64,000 bases of DNA, taken from an uncultured Erysipelotrichaceae bacterium (GTDB lineage Bacteria; Bacillota_I; Bacilli_A; RFN20; CAG-826). The number at the start of each line of letters is the position of its first letter. Position 1 is the stretch's first letter. The notes beneath the pieces are model-generated. The model was not told the DNA's origin and did no database searches. It saw only the letters and a program-made list of their open reading frames with translations. The translations under genes were made by a program, and so were the position numbers. Shown in pieces: positions 41,063-49,958 of this stretch. The DNA lies in NCBI GenBank assembly GCA_902794835.1, contig CADBIO010000001.1:23174-87173 (forward strand). The letters run 5' to 3'.

Positions 41063-41373
41063 TTGTGCTTCCTTTCTAGCTTCGCGTTCTTCGGATAAGA
41101 AGACGCGATGCTCTCTAATTGTCTCTCGATAGTTTCGAGAACGATTTTGTCGTGTTCAGAAACTCTTTCTAGAGCCTCTAAAGAGACATAGCCTTCTTTC
41201 ACTTCGTGCTTGTACTTGAGATCCCCATCGGTCAGATTATTCAATCCCCCGAGGATGATTCCACTAACGGCGGCGCATACTAAGTCATGCCCATAAGGGC
41301 CATTCCCGGCATGCCCTTTCACTTCTAAGGAAGCGAATTCACCGTCATGTTCAACAAAAGTGATTTTAATCAT
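41059..41373 (-). CDS. prp: ribosomal-processing cysteine protease Prp (YsxB)
   Basis: 104 aa with catalytic GHA..G...HD..CAAVS signature. Located between rplU and rpmA. Confidence 0.8.
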   Translation of the reverse strand: MIKITFVEHDGEFASLEVKGHAGNGPYGHDLVCAAVSGIILGGLNNLTDGDLKYKHEVKEGYVSLEALERVSEHDKIVLETIERQLESIASSYPKNAKLERKHK

Positions 41374-41681
41374 TAGGCGTTAATGCTTTCAACGATCAAG
41401 GCAGTATATGGTTGACGATGTCCTTGCTTTTTACGGACATTGGCCTTGCTCTTGTACTTGTAAACAGTAAGTTTCTCAGCTAAGCCTTGTTTTTCGACTT
41501 TGGCAACGACGACGGCACCTTTGACATATGGTTTGCCGACGATCGCTTTCTCGCCACCGACGAAAAGGACTTTGTCGAGTTTGACTTCTTGGCCGGCTTC
41601 AACATCGAGTTTCTCGACGAAGATTCTATCGCCGACAGAAACCTTGACTTGCTTGCCACCAGTCTCTACGATTGCGTACAT
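41373..41681 (-). CDS. rplU: 50S ribosomal protein L21
   Basis: N-terminus [14 protein letters not shown]. 102 aa. Confidence 0.85.
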   Translation of the reverse strand: MYAIVETGGKQVKVSVGDRIFVEKLDVEAGQEVKLDKVLFVGGEKAIVGKPYVKGAVVVAKVEKQGLAEKLTVYKYKSKANVRKKQGHRQPYTALIVESINA

Positions 41682-41825
41682 GCTTTTTCCTCCTTTTGTC
41701 TAATACTCGCTTTAATGGCCTGATTTCGAGAATCAAGTTAGGTGCCGTTTCAATGCGGTTGAGGCGCTAAGGAGCGTCACAACGTTAATAACTATACCAT
41801 TAAAAATCCAAAAGACAACGATAAA
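41682..41825 (-). promoter_or_regulatory. rplU 5' leader (possible L21 leader autoregulatory structure) and promoter region
   Basis: About 145-nt GC-normal structured leader between the radC terminator and rplU. Firmicutes rplU-rpmA operons carry an L21 leader. No motif-level verification was possible. Confidence 0.3.
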
Positions 41826-41851
41826 ACGTCTTCTATGAAGACATTTTTGCT
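41826..41851 (-). terminator. weak terminator downstream of radC
   Basis: Minus-strand hairpin GTCTTC-ATA-GAAGAC followed by GTTTTAT. Confidence 0.4.
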
Positions 41852-41899
41852 GATCTTAGGCAAAACGACGCTCTTCATCTCCTTTTTTGAAGGGGAATG

Positions 41900-42589
41900 T
41901 TAAACCAACAAACCATTTTCTTTGAAAGAAAAATACGATGAAGCCGAAAGAATCATATGATCCAAAAGTTCAACGCCCAGGGCGAGAGACCGCGCCTTGA
42001 GGTTCGCAGTGAATTCAATCTCACCTTTGCTTGGCAAGACGATTCCTGATGGGTGATTATGCATGATGATAAAAGAAGAACAACTTGGGTCATTGAGTTC
42101 CGAAAGAATCATCTTGATTGAGGCGGAAAGCTCATTCTCATCCCCTTCAAAAAGATATTTTTCCTTGCGGATTCGCTTTCTTTTGTCATAGCAAAGCAAA
42201 AGAAGAGATTCGTTCTTTTTCTGGCCTAACGACAATTGATAATGGTCATAAAGCTCGCTAGGAGAAACCGTCGACAGATAAGGCGCTTGTTGATTGCTTC
42301 TCCTAGCGATTTCAAAGGTTGCGGCAAGGGAAATCGCTTTTGCTTGAGAGATCCCTCGGATGGAATAAAATGAGTCAATTTGAGTTGTCGCAAGGGTCGG
42401 AAAATCTCGATAGATCGAAATGATCTCCGAAGCCAGTTCCAAAACGTTTTTCCCTTTCGTCCCGCTGCCTAGGATGATGGCCAGAAGCTCTTGGTCGCTT
42501 AGGGAGGTGATCCCCTTTTTGAGAGCCTTCTCCCGAGGAAGAGAATCTTTGGACAATTCTTTGAGTTTCATTTCCAGGTAAATTGCCAT
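41900..42589 (-). CDS. radC: RadC-family JAB/MPN domain protein (UPF0758)
   Basis: N-terminal HhH region and C-terminal JAMM motif (HNHPSG). 229 aa. Confidence 0.8.
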   Translation of the reverse strand: MAIYLEMKLKELSKDSLPREKALKKGITSLSDQELLAIILGSGTKGKNVLELASEIISIYRDFPTLATTQIDSFYSIRGISQAKAISLAATFEIARRSNQQAPYLSTVSPSELYDHYQLSLGQKKNESLLLLCYDKRKRIRKEKYLFEGDENELSASIKMILSELNDPSCSSFIIMHNHPSGIVLPSKGEIEFTANLKARSLALGVELLDHMILSASSYFSFKENGLLV

Positions 42590-42750
42590 CCTCCAGGCAT
42601 TTTGGCGCTCCCCTGCGACGTTCGGAAGATCCGATAGACCACCACTGCGACGATGGCAATGGCTAGAATCGCCATCACCGCGGCTAGACTGATGGCTTCT
42701 CCGGGGATGGTTTGTTCCATCTCCTGTGAGTTAAGAATTCGGCTGTTCAT
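42568..42750 (-). CDS. small single-pass membrane protein (60 aa)
   Basis: MNSRILNSQEMEQTIPGEAISLAAVMAILAIAIVAVVVYRIF... with SD AAAGGGGG 7 nt upstream of its ATG. Overlaps the radC start. The track's longer version starts at a GTG. Confidence 0.4.
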   Translation of the reverse strand: MNSRILNSQEMEQTIPGEAISLAAVMAILAIAIVAVVVYRIFRTSQGSAKMPGGWQFTWK

Positions 42751-42753
42751 AAC

Positions 42754-42789
42754 AAAACCCCCTTTCACTTATATAAAGGGGGTATTTGG
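42754..42789 (-). terminator. valS terminator hairpin overlapping the SD of the downstream small ORF
   Basis: Minus-strand hairpin CCCCCTTT-ATATAAGTG-AAAGGGGG followed by TTTTGTT. The 3' arm is the SD of the 42750 ORF. Confidence 0.5.
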
Positions 42790-42813
42790 CAAAAATGGTC
42801 GAAAATCTTCCGC

Positions 42814-45402
42814 TTATTTTTTGATTTGCTCGATTTTATCGAGTAAATTTTTTAATAAATCGTTGTTGTTTTTCAATTTTTCGCGTTCCAGTTCAACTTT
42901 TTCTTTCGGGGCCTTGGCAACAAAACCAGGGTTAGAAAGGATTTTCGTCGAACGGGCGATTTCTGATTCGAGCACTTCCTTTTGCTTCTCCAATCGGCCC
43001 AACAACACGGTTGGATCGACATCTTCTTCGACGACCATCTCACAGCCTGGGTAGATGAATGGGTTGCCGCCTAAAATCTCCTTTTTGACGGCATAAGAAT
43101 TAGCGAAGGCAAATCTCGAAAGGTATTCGCCTGAGCCTGGAAATGGCTCTTTTGGCGAGACGACAAGACGAACTTTCGCATTTGGTGCGATGTTGTTGGA
43201 GGATTTGTAATTCCGGATGTCCCGAATCATGGATTGGAGGATTTGAACTTGGTCAGAGGCTTTCTTATTCAAGAATTGCTTCTCATAGGTTGGATAAGGC
43301 TCGCACATGATCGAATCTCGATGCCCTGGCAAGGAAAGATACATCTCCTCGGTCACGAATGGAGTATAAGGATAAATCATCAAGATGATGTCTTTCATGA
43401 CCTTATAAAGAACGTCTTTGGTGACTTCCGCCTCTTCTCCTCCGTGACTTAAGGAAATCTTCGAGAATTCGAGATAATTCGAGCAGAAATCGTCATAAAC
43501 GAAATCATAAAGAACACTGGAAGCCTGACCGAATTCGTAAGAATCCATCTTGCTTCCGACCTTTTTGATCGTTTTTTCCAAACGGTTCATGATATCGGCA
43601 TCGAGGGTGCCGAGTTTCTTTTTCTCGATCGCCCGAGGCGTGTAATTTTCACCGAGCACTCCTTCGACATAACGGCAAGCGTTCCAGATTTTGTTCAAAT
43701 AAGCCTCCGAGGAAGCGACTTTCTCCTCGATGTAACGCATATCCATGCCTGGGGTGCTGTTGGTGGTGATGAAATAACGTAAGGCATCCACCCCATAATG
43801 ATCGATGACATCCATCGGATCGATGCCGTTTCCTAGGGATTTTGACATTTTCCTTCCCAAAGAGTCTCTCACCAAGCCATGGATGACCACTTGTTTGAAA
43901 GGGACCTCGTCGGTGAAATGGAGGGATTGGAAAATCATTCGCGACACCCAGAAGAAAATGATGTCATATCCGGTGACCAGGCAAGAGGTTGGGAAGTAAC
44001 GCTGGAAATCAGGGTTTTCTGTATTTGGCCAACCCATGGTTGCAAAAGGCCAAAGGGCGCTAGAAAACCAGGTATCCAAGACATCTTCGTCTTGCACATA
44101 AAGATTCATGTCTGGCGCTTCTTCGCTAACAAGCACTTCCCCTGTTTCTTTATGATAATAAGCAGGGATTCGGTGACCCCACCAAAGTTGACGGGAAATG
44201 CACCAATCTTCGATATTGCTCATCCAACGGAGGAGAACTTTCTCAAATCGTTTTGGCACGAATTCCACCTTGCCAGAAGTCTTTTGCCTTTCCAAAACTT
44301 TATCGGCCAAAGGCTTCATCTTCACGAACCACTGTTTGGAAAGCATCGGCTCAACGACGGCATCGCTGCGCTCGGAGTGGCCGACGGAGTGAACGATTTT
44401 CTCGATTTTCACCAAATGTCCCTCTTCTTTGATCTTCTCGACCAAGGCTTTTCGACATTCATAACGGTCCATCCCTTGATAGATGCCGCATTTCTCATTC
44501 ATATGGGCTGTCTCATCGAGGACTTTGATGAGAGGGAAATGATATTTTTTGGCTAAATTGAAGTCGTTGGGGTCATGGGCTGGCGTGCATTTCATCGCCC
44601 CCGTGCCGAAAGAGACGTCAACGTAGGAATCCGCCATCAAAGGAAGTTCCTCCCCATTGGCAGGGTTGATGACTTTTTTGCCGATAAGGTCTTGATAACG
44701 AGGATCTTTCGGATTGACGAAAACGGCAGTGTCTCCAAACATCGTCTCTGGGCGAGTGGTCGCAACGACAATGCTTCGATCCGTCCCCACCACATCGTAT
44801 CGGAAATAGAAGAATTCACCTTCGTCATCCTTATGGACGATTTCAATATTCGACAAAGCGGTTTTTAGTTCCGGGTCCCAATTGGTAATTCTCTCGCCTT
44901 GATAGATCAACCCTTCGTTATAGAGAGTCACGAAAACGTGTCTAACGGCTTTGGAAAGCCCCTCGTCAAGGGTGAATCTTTCCCGAGAATAGTCGATAGA
45001 AAGGCCCATTTTCTTCCATTGTTCATGAATGGTGTGGGCGTATTCTTCTTTCCATTCCCAGGCTTTTTTCAAAAATCCTTCGCGCCCTAAATCATAACGG
45101 GTGACTCCTTCTTCGCGGAGTTTTGCCTCGACTTTGGCTTGGGTGGCAATGCCAGCGTGGTCCATGCCAGGCAGCCATAGGACGTCAAAGCCTTTCATCC
45201 GTTTATAACGGGTGATGATGTCTTCCAATGTCGTATCCATCGCATGGCCAAGATGGAGCTTTCCCGTGACATTTGGCGGCGGGATGACCAAAGAGAATGG
45301 CGGCTTTGATCGATCTAAGCCCGCTTGAAAATAATTCCCTTTGACCCATTTGTCATATTTTCCGTCTTCAACTTGCTTTGGATCATAATGTTTCTCTAAC
45401 AT
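42814..45402 (-). CDS. valS: valine--tRNA ligase
   Basis: Class I HIGH (PNVTGKLHLGH) and KMSKS motifs plus a C-terminal coiled coil. 862 aa. AGGAGG SD. Confidence 0.9.
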   Translation of the reverse strand: MLEKHYDPKQVEDGKYDKWVKGNYFQAGLDRSKPPFSLVIPPPNVTGKLHLGHAMDTTLEDIITRYKRMKGFDVLWLPGMDHAGIATQAKVEAKLREEGVTRYDLGREGFLKKAWEWKEEYAHTIHEQWKKMGLSIDYSRERFTLDEGLSKAVRHVFVTLYNEGLIYQGERITNWDPELKTALSNIEIVHKDDEGEFFYFRYDVVGTDRSIVVATTRPETMFGDTAVFVNPKDPRYQDLIGKKVINPANGEELPLMADSYVDVSFGTGAMKCTPAHDPNDFNLAKKYHFPLIKVLDETAHMNEKCGIYQGMDRYECRKALVEKIKEEGHLVKIEKIVHSVGHSERSDAVVEPMLSKQWFVKMKPLADKVLERQKTSGKVEFVPKRFEKVLLRWMSNIEDWCISRQLWWGHRIPAYYHKETGEVLVSEEAPDMNLYVQDEDVLDTWFSSALWPFATMGWPNTENPDFQRYFPTSCLVTGYDIIFFWVSRMIFQSLHFTDEVPFKQVVIHGLVRDSLGRKMSKSLGNGIDPMDVIDHYGVDALRYFITTNSTPGMDMRYIEEKVASSEAYLNKIWNACRYVEGVLGENYTPRAIEKKKLGTLDADIMNRLEKTIKKVGSKMDSYEFGQASSVLYDFVYDDFCSNYLEFSKISLSHGGEEAEVTKDVLYKVMKDIILMIYPYTPFVTEEMYLSLPGHRDSIMCEPYPTYEKQFLNKKASDQVQILQSMIRDIRNYKSSNNIAPNAKVRLVVSPKEPFPGSGEYLSRFAFANSYAVKKEILGGNPFIYPGCEMVVEEDVDPTVLLGRLEKQKEVLESEIARSTKILSNPGFVAKAPKEKVELEREKLKNNNDLLKNLLDKIEQIKK

Positions 45403-45409
45403 CGGGGTT

Positions 45410-45665
45410 TCCTCCTTTGAAAATAAAATGCGCCGTATCCCAAGATAGGGACGCGGCGCGCGGTACCACCCTAATTCCGCAACATAATCGATATTTGCGG
45501 CACTTTAACACTTTAACGCAGTGAACGGAATTCCTTCGGTTCTCCAAAGCGACTCACCGTCTTCTGATGCCAAGTTGCAGCAACCCTTGGCTCTCTAAGA
45601 TCAAAAGATACGGATCCCTCTTCTTCAACGAACGACAAAATTATAAAGGGAATGTCCCCTCTTTT
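45410..45665 (-). promoter_or_regulatory. T-box riboswitch leader of valS (probable GUC valine specifier)
   Basis: Minus strand carries the canonical T-box sequence AATTAGGGTGGTACCGCG at 45449-45466. Downstream of it is the terminator hairpin GCGCCGCGTCCC...GGGATACGGCGC followed by ATTTTATTTT. Upstream is a stem I AGAGAG box with GTC in the putative specifier loop. Confidence 0.8.
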
Positions 45666-45671
45666 CTAGCC

Positions 45672-46802
45672 TTATCGGTTAAAAACGGAAAGGTTGATGA
45701 TTCTTTCTTCTAAGGTTTGACCAGCATGGTGGCCTTTGAGACGGAATTTGTCAGGATTATCCAAGGAATTCTGAAGAATCGTCTTACCGACGGCAATGGC
45801 TAAAAAGTCACCAAGGAAACCTTGGAAATGCTCGTTTTCTTCGCCAACGCCGAAAACCCCTTGGGAAAGGACTTCTTCTTTGGTAAGCAAAACAAAATCC
45901 GGGAAGCGACTTGGGAAGAGTTTGGCGAAATCTTCCTTCCGTTCCTCTTTGACCATGAAATTGGCGTTTCTTCCCTCAATGGACATCGGCCCTCGAAGGC
46001 AATCGGTTATTTCCGGATAGTCCGCGAGATCCTTGTATTCGACATCGATTAAGCCATGGTCGGCCATCGTAATGACCAAAACGTCGGGATTGTCTTTGAC
46101 GAATTTCTCGACCATTTTGTTGATTTGCTTGTAGTCGTTTTTGATTTTCCGATGACCAACTCCATATTGATGCATGTGATGGTCAGGGCAATCGTGGTAA
46201 GAGTAAAGGAATTCCCCGCCTTCTTCTTGGAAGAAACGAGTGGCGAATTCTCCTTGCTCTTTAAATGTCTTGAACGAATCTTTTCCGCCTAAAGGAGCCA
46301 CATGTTGCAGCTTTGCTTTCACGCCCTTTTCTCTTAATAGAGCATCTAATTTCTTGATTGGACAATAACGGTCCATAAAATGGCTGCCATCATGGAAATA
46401 ATCCACTTTCCGGCCATTTAAGGAATTGGTGTCAGGGAAAATATTAAGCGGAAAGCCCAATTCAGGAATATAGACAGACCAGCCTATCCACCCCGTTTCC
46501 ATCGGCCATTTTCCCGTTAAGAACGCATTCGTTGCCGCGGCTGTGGTCGGAGGGTTGGTGGAATTGATCTCACAGGCAGAATGGGAAAGGAGATAACGAT
46601 TCGCCTTAGGGAAAAGATTAAGGTTATATTTCCCTGCCCCATCAAAAAGGAAAACGCAGACTTTCTTATGCCCTTTCAATAGAGCGTCCACTTCGGGATC
46701 GGTCTCATGAAATGGGGTAACATTAAAATGGGCAAGGAGGGAGGAGGAGAAACCAACAAGGGTCTTTCTCCGTTCAAAGAAATTCTCATCCAGTTTTTTC
46801 AT
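45672..46802 (-). CDS. alkaline-phosphatase-superfamily metalloenzyme (phosphodiesterase / phosphomutase-like)
   Basis: AP-superfamily core signatures (FLFDGAGKYN...; ITMADHG). 376 aa. Specific function unclear. Confidence 0.55.
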   Translation of the reverse strand: MKKLDENFFERRKTLVGFSSSLLAHFNVTPFHETDPEVDALLKGHKKVCVFLFDGAGKYNLNLFPKANRYLLSHSACEINSTNPPTTAAATNAFLTGKWPMETGWIGWSVYIPELGFPLNIFPDTNSLNGRKVDYFHDGSHFMDRYCPIKKLDALLREKGVKAKLQHVAPLGGKDSFKTFKEQGEFATRFFQEEGGEFLYSYHDCPDHHMHQYGVGHRKIKNDYKQINKMVEKFVKDNPDVLVITMADHGLIDVEYKDLADYPEITDCLRGPMSIEGRNANFMVKEERKEDFAKLFPSRFPDFVLLTKEEVLSQGVFGVGEENEHFQGFLGDFLAIAVGKTILQNSLDNPDKFRLKGHHAGQTLEERIINLSVFNR

Positions 46803-46843
46803 AGCCGACTATCTTAATGAAAAAGTGGCCTCGGCGCAAGAGG

Positions 46844-47413
46844 TCACTTTTTATCCTTGATGAAATTGACGATCCTTTGTCGCAGCAAATCGGGTTTCGT
46901 CTCTTTTGAGGCGAGGATTACGTCCAGTCCGGCGAAAATCTTTTTCGCTTTGGCGATTTCTGATTGTTTGGCGAGGTCGCTTTTGGTCAAAACGATAAGG
47001 GTTGGGACGTTAAGGGAGGAAAGATGATCCAACAACATTCGATCGTCTTCGGAAGGCTCGCGCCGAGAATCGATCAAGAAAAGGCATCCTTTTAAAGAAG
47101 GATTGTGGAAATAATTCTCCATCATCTCCCCAAAATTCTCATCTTCCTTCGAGCCATACTTCGTAAACCCATAGCCAGGCGAATCCACCAGATAAAAGGC
47201 ATTGTCGATCAAAAAATAATTGAGATATCGCGTTTTGCCCGCGTTTTTCGACGAATAGGCAAGCTTTTGGGCCGTTAAAGCATTGATCAAAGTCGATTTC
47301 CCGACATTCGATTTCCCGACGAAAACCACTTCTTTGAGACCGTCTTTAGGACGATATTCATAGGAAGGGGCGGAGAGAATGTATTTTGCGTTTCGGAAAT
47401 TGACCATCGCCAT
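46844..47413 (-). CDS. engB: ribosome biogenesis GTP-binding protein EngB/YsxC
   Basis: G1 motif VFVGKSNVGKSTLIN and the family-typical N-terminus. Start chosen at MAMVNFRNAKY by alignment with B. subtilis YsxC. The ORF track's start at 47521 would overlap lon by 59 nt. Confidence 0.75.
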   Translation of the reverse strand: MAMVNFRNAKYILSAPSYEYRPKDGLKEVVFVGKSNVGKSTLINALTAQKLAYSSKNAGKTRYLNYFLIDNAFYLVDSPGYGFTKYGSKEDENFGEMMENYFHNPSLKGCLFLIDSRREPSEDDRMLLDHLSSLNVPTLIVLTKSDLAKQSEIAKAKKIFAGLDVILASKETKPDLLRQRIVNFIKDKK

Positions 47414-47462
47414 GGGATGATTATAACAAAAAGAGGAACCCCATGACGAGATTCCTCCTTTT

Positions 47463-49820
47463 TTAAGCGTTGGCTTGATTTGGCCCTGGGATGTCTTTGA
47501 AGACGTAAGGAAGGGCATCATCGACCGACTTCATGAAGACGATCTTCAATCCTTTCTTGACTTCTTCAGGCAATTCATCGACATCTTTTTTGTTTTCCGC
47601 CGGGACGATGATCAGTTTGATGCCACTGCGGAGGGCGGCAAGAGATTTCTCTCTCAACCCGCCGATCGGCAAGGCTTTGCCTCGCAAGGTCACTTCTCCC
47701 GTCATCGCGACGTTATTGTCGATTCTCTTCCTGCTTAGAGAAGAGATAATGCCACAAGTGATGGCAACGCCTGCCGACGGGCCATCTTTTGGGACGGCGC
47801 CTTCAGGGAAATGCAAGTGAATGTCATTCTTTTCGAAAATTTCATCTGGAATGCCGTATTTCTCGGCGTTGGCTCTGACGTAATCGAGGGCAATCATGCA
47901 GCTTTCCTTCATGATGTCACGAAGGTTGCCAGTCAAAACCAAGCCTCCTTTGCCATGGAAATGGGTGACTTCGATTGGCAAGATATCACCGCCGAATTCG
48001 GTATAGGCAAGCCCCGTCACAACGCCGACTTGCGGCTCTTTTTCTTTTTTGGTGTCTTCGAAAATCTCCACGCCTAGATAGGATCTGACTTGTTTTTCAT
48101 CGACGACGATCGGACGTTTGAGGTCGGGATTGCGAATCAGCTCGACAATCGCTTTGCGACAACAAGAGGCGATCAAACGCTCGAGTTCACGGACGCCAGC
48201 CTCGCGAGTGTAGCATTCAATGATCTCCTTCAGTCCGCTCTCGGTGAATTCGATATCCCCTTCTTTAAGGCCGTTCGCCTTCATTTGCTTCTTGATCAAG
48301 AAGCCAGCGGCGATCTTTAATTTCTCGATTTCCGTATAAGAAGGGACTTCGATCAATTCCAGACGGTCTCTTAATGGGGCCGGGACATTTTCTAAATAGT
48401 TGGCGGTGGCAATGAAGAGAACATTCGATAAATCGTAAGGTTCTTCCAAATAATTGTCGTTGAAGGCGATATTTTGCTCTGGGTCAAGGACTTCCAATAA
48501 AGCACTGGATGGGTCACCGCGATAATTGGAACCGCCGACTTTATCCACTTCATCCAGCAAAAAGACTGGGTTTACGGTGCCCGCTCTGGTCATACCCTGG
48601 ACGATGCGGCCCGGCATGGAACCGACATAGGTACGGCGGTGTCCACGAATCTCCGCCTCATCGGAAACGCCACCTAAAGAACACTTGTAGAATTTTCTTC
48701 CCAAAGCTCTGGCGATGGATTTGGCTAAAGACGTTTTGCCGCATCCTGGCGGGCCATAGAAGCAAAGAATCGGAGCTTTGAGGTTACCAGTGGCACGTTT
48801 GACGGCAAGATATTCGATGATTCTCTTTTTGACTTTCTCCAAGCCATAATGGTCCTCATCGAGAATTTTCTGGACGTTTTCTAAATCGTCGTCATCTTCC
48901 GTCCTTTGATACCAAGGGGCGGCCATCAAAGTCTGAATATAGTTGAGAATCAAAGAGGCTTCCAAGGATGCTTCAGGCATCATTTCCATCCGGTGAAGCT
49001 CATTTTTGACTTTGGTTTTGACATTCTCCGGATAAGGATTCTTCTCCAATTTTTGTTTGATGGCGTCGACATCATCGGAAGAATCGGAGCTTTCTCCTAA
49101 TTCATCTTTGATGGCTCTCATCTTTTCGCGCAAGAAATATTCTTTTTGGGATTTCTCCGCTCTTTCCCTGACGGCTTCATCGAGTTTTTCATCGATTTGG
49201 TTGATTTGTTGTTGCGCTTTGACGGCATTGAGCAACGTTTTCAGCCGCTCATTCACTTTCTTTTCGCGAAGTAGGCTGATTTTCATCTCCACGCTCAACG
49301 GGAGATAATGCCCTAACGTATCCACAATCTCCGAGGGAGATTCGCCTTTTCCTAAAGAGTTGATCGCGACCTTTGGGATATTCCGCCCGACCGATGGGCT
49401 TTGCGTGACAGTTTCCGCCAATTCGCGGATCAGTTTCACTTCTTCCTCTTGTTCGCCAAGCTCGTCTTCGATAATCGTTCCATCGGCAACGTAAGCCCCA
49501 TCTTCTAATCTAATATTAGATAAGGATACGCGCTTGGAACCGATGACTCGGATTCGAACGCTGGTGTTATTGTCAGAAAAGCCGACGATGCGGCATAATG
49601 TCGCGACGTCATAAACATCTTCTGGGACATTGATCTCATTTTTGTTTTCGTCTTTTTGCACACCGACGAATAATAAAGAATTCGATTTTTCACGCGCGGT
49701 GCGTGTGGCTTGCATACTGTAGGCCCTGCCTGCCTCAATGGCTTCGGTCATATTCGGGAAAACGACCAAACCTTTGGTGATCAGAAAGGGAAGAGTCAAT
49801 GGTTGTTTGTTATCGGCCAT
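47463..49820 (-). CDS. lon: ATP-dependent Lon protease (LonA)
   Basis: Lon N-domain, AAA+ Walker A GPPGCGKTS and protease Ser-Lys dyad (PKDGPSAG). Start chosen at MADNKQPLTLPF, which has a perfect AAAGGAGGA SD 7 nt upstream. Confidence 0.9.
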   Translation of the reverse strand: MADNKQPLTLPFLITKGLVVFPNMTEAIEAGRAYSMQATRTAREKSNSLLFVGVQKDENKNEINVPEDVYDVATLCRIVGFSDNNTSVRIRVIGSKRVSLSNIRLEDGAYVADGTIIEDELGEQEEEVKLIRELAETVTQSPSVGRNIPKVAINSLGKGESPSEIVDTLGHYLPLSVEMKISLLREKKVNERLKTLLNAVKAQQQINQIDEKLDEAVRERAEKSQKEYFLREKMRAIKDELGESSDSSDDVDAIKQKLEKNPYPENVKTKVKNELHRMEMMPEASLEASLILNYIQTLMAAPWYQRTEDDDDLENVQKILDEDHYGLEKVKKRIIEYLAVKRATGNLKAPILCFYGPPGCGKTSLAKSIARALGRKFYKCSLGGVSDEAEIRGHRRTYVGSMPGRIVQGMTRAGTVNPVFLLDEVDKVGGSNYRGDPSSALLEVLDPEQNIAFNDNYLEEPYDLSNVLFIATANYLENVPAPLRDRLELIEVPSYTEIEKLKIAAGFLIKKQMKANGLKEGDIEFTESGLKEIIECYTREAGVRELERLIASCCRKAIVELIRNPDLKRPIVVDEKQVRSYLGVEIFEDTKKEKEPQVGVVTGLAYTEFGGDILPIEVTHFHGKGGLVLTGNLRDIMKESCMIALDYVRANAEKYGIPDEIFEKNDIHLHFPEGAVPKDGPSAGVAITCGIISSLSRKRIDNNVAMTGEVTLRGKALPIGGLREKSLAALRSGIKLIIVPAENKKDVDELPEEVKKGLKIVFMKSVDDALPYVFKDIPGPNQANA

Positions 49821-49851
49821 TTTATAGTCCTCCTTTTTTATAGCAAGATAC

Positions 49852-49879
49852 ATTATAGATAGACTTTTAGCACTGTCAA
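49852..49879 (-). promoter_or_regulatory. sigma-A-type promoter of lon
   Basis: Minus strand TTGACA-16 nt-TATAAT, about 25 nt upstream of the lon start codon. Confidence 0.6.
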
Positions 49880-49893
49880 GCGATAAGTGCTAA
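49867..49893 (-). promoter_or_regulatory. CIRCE element (HrcA operator) overlapping the lon promoter
   Basis: TTAGCACTg-N9-aAGTGCTAA matches the CIRCE consensus TTAGCACTC-N9-GAGTGCTAA at 8 of 9 positions per arm. It overlaps the -35 box. Confidence 0.7.
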
Positions 49894-49901
49894 AAAAGAA
49901 T

Positions 49902-49934
49902 AAAAAAACAAGGTGGAATCGAAATTCCACCTTG
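49902..49934 (-). terminator. strong rho-independent terminator downstream of tig
   Basis: Minus-strand 11-bp perfect stem CAAGGTGGAAT-TTCG-ATTCCACCTTG followed by TTTTTTT. Confidence 0.8.
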
Positions 49935-49958
49935 ATTCTTGTTGAAGGTTTTGAGGCC

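Noticed and set aside
43879-44556. 225-aa + strand ORF inside valS
   Set aside because: Antisense shadow ORF within valS. No motifs.
47413-47521. 36-codon N-terminal extension of engB (track start 47521) overlapping the lon 3' end by 59 nt
   Set aside because: B. subtilis YsxC aligns from the internal Met (MAMVNF...). The extension has no homology and would require a long out-of-frame overlap with lon.
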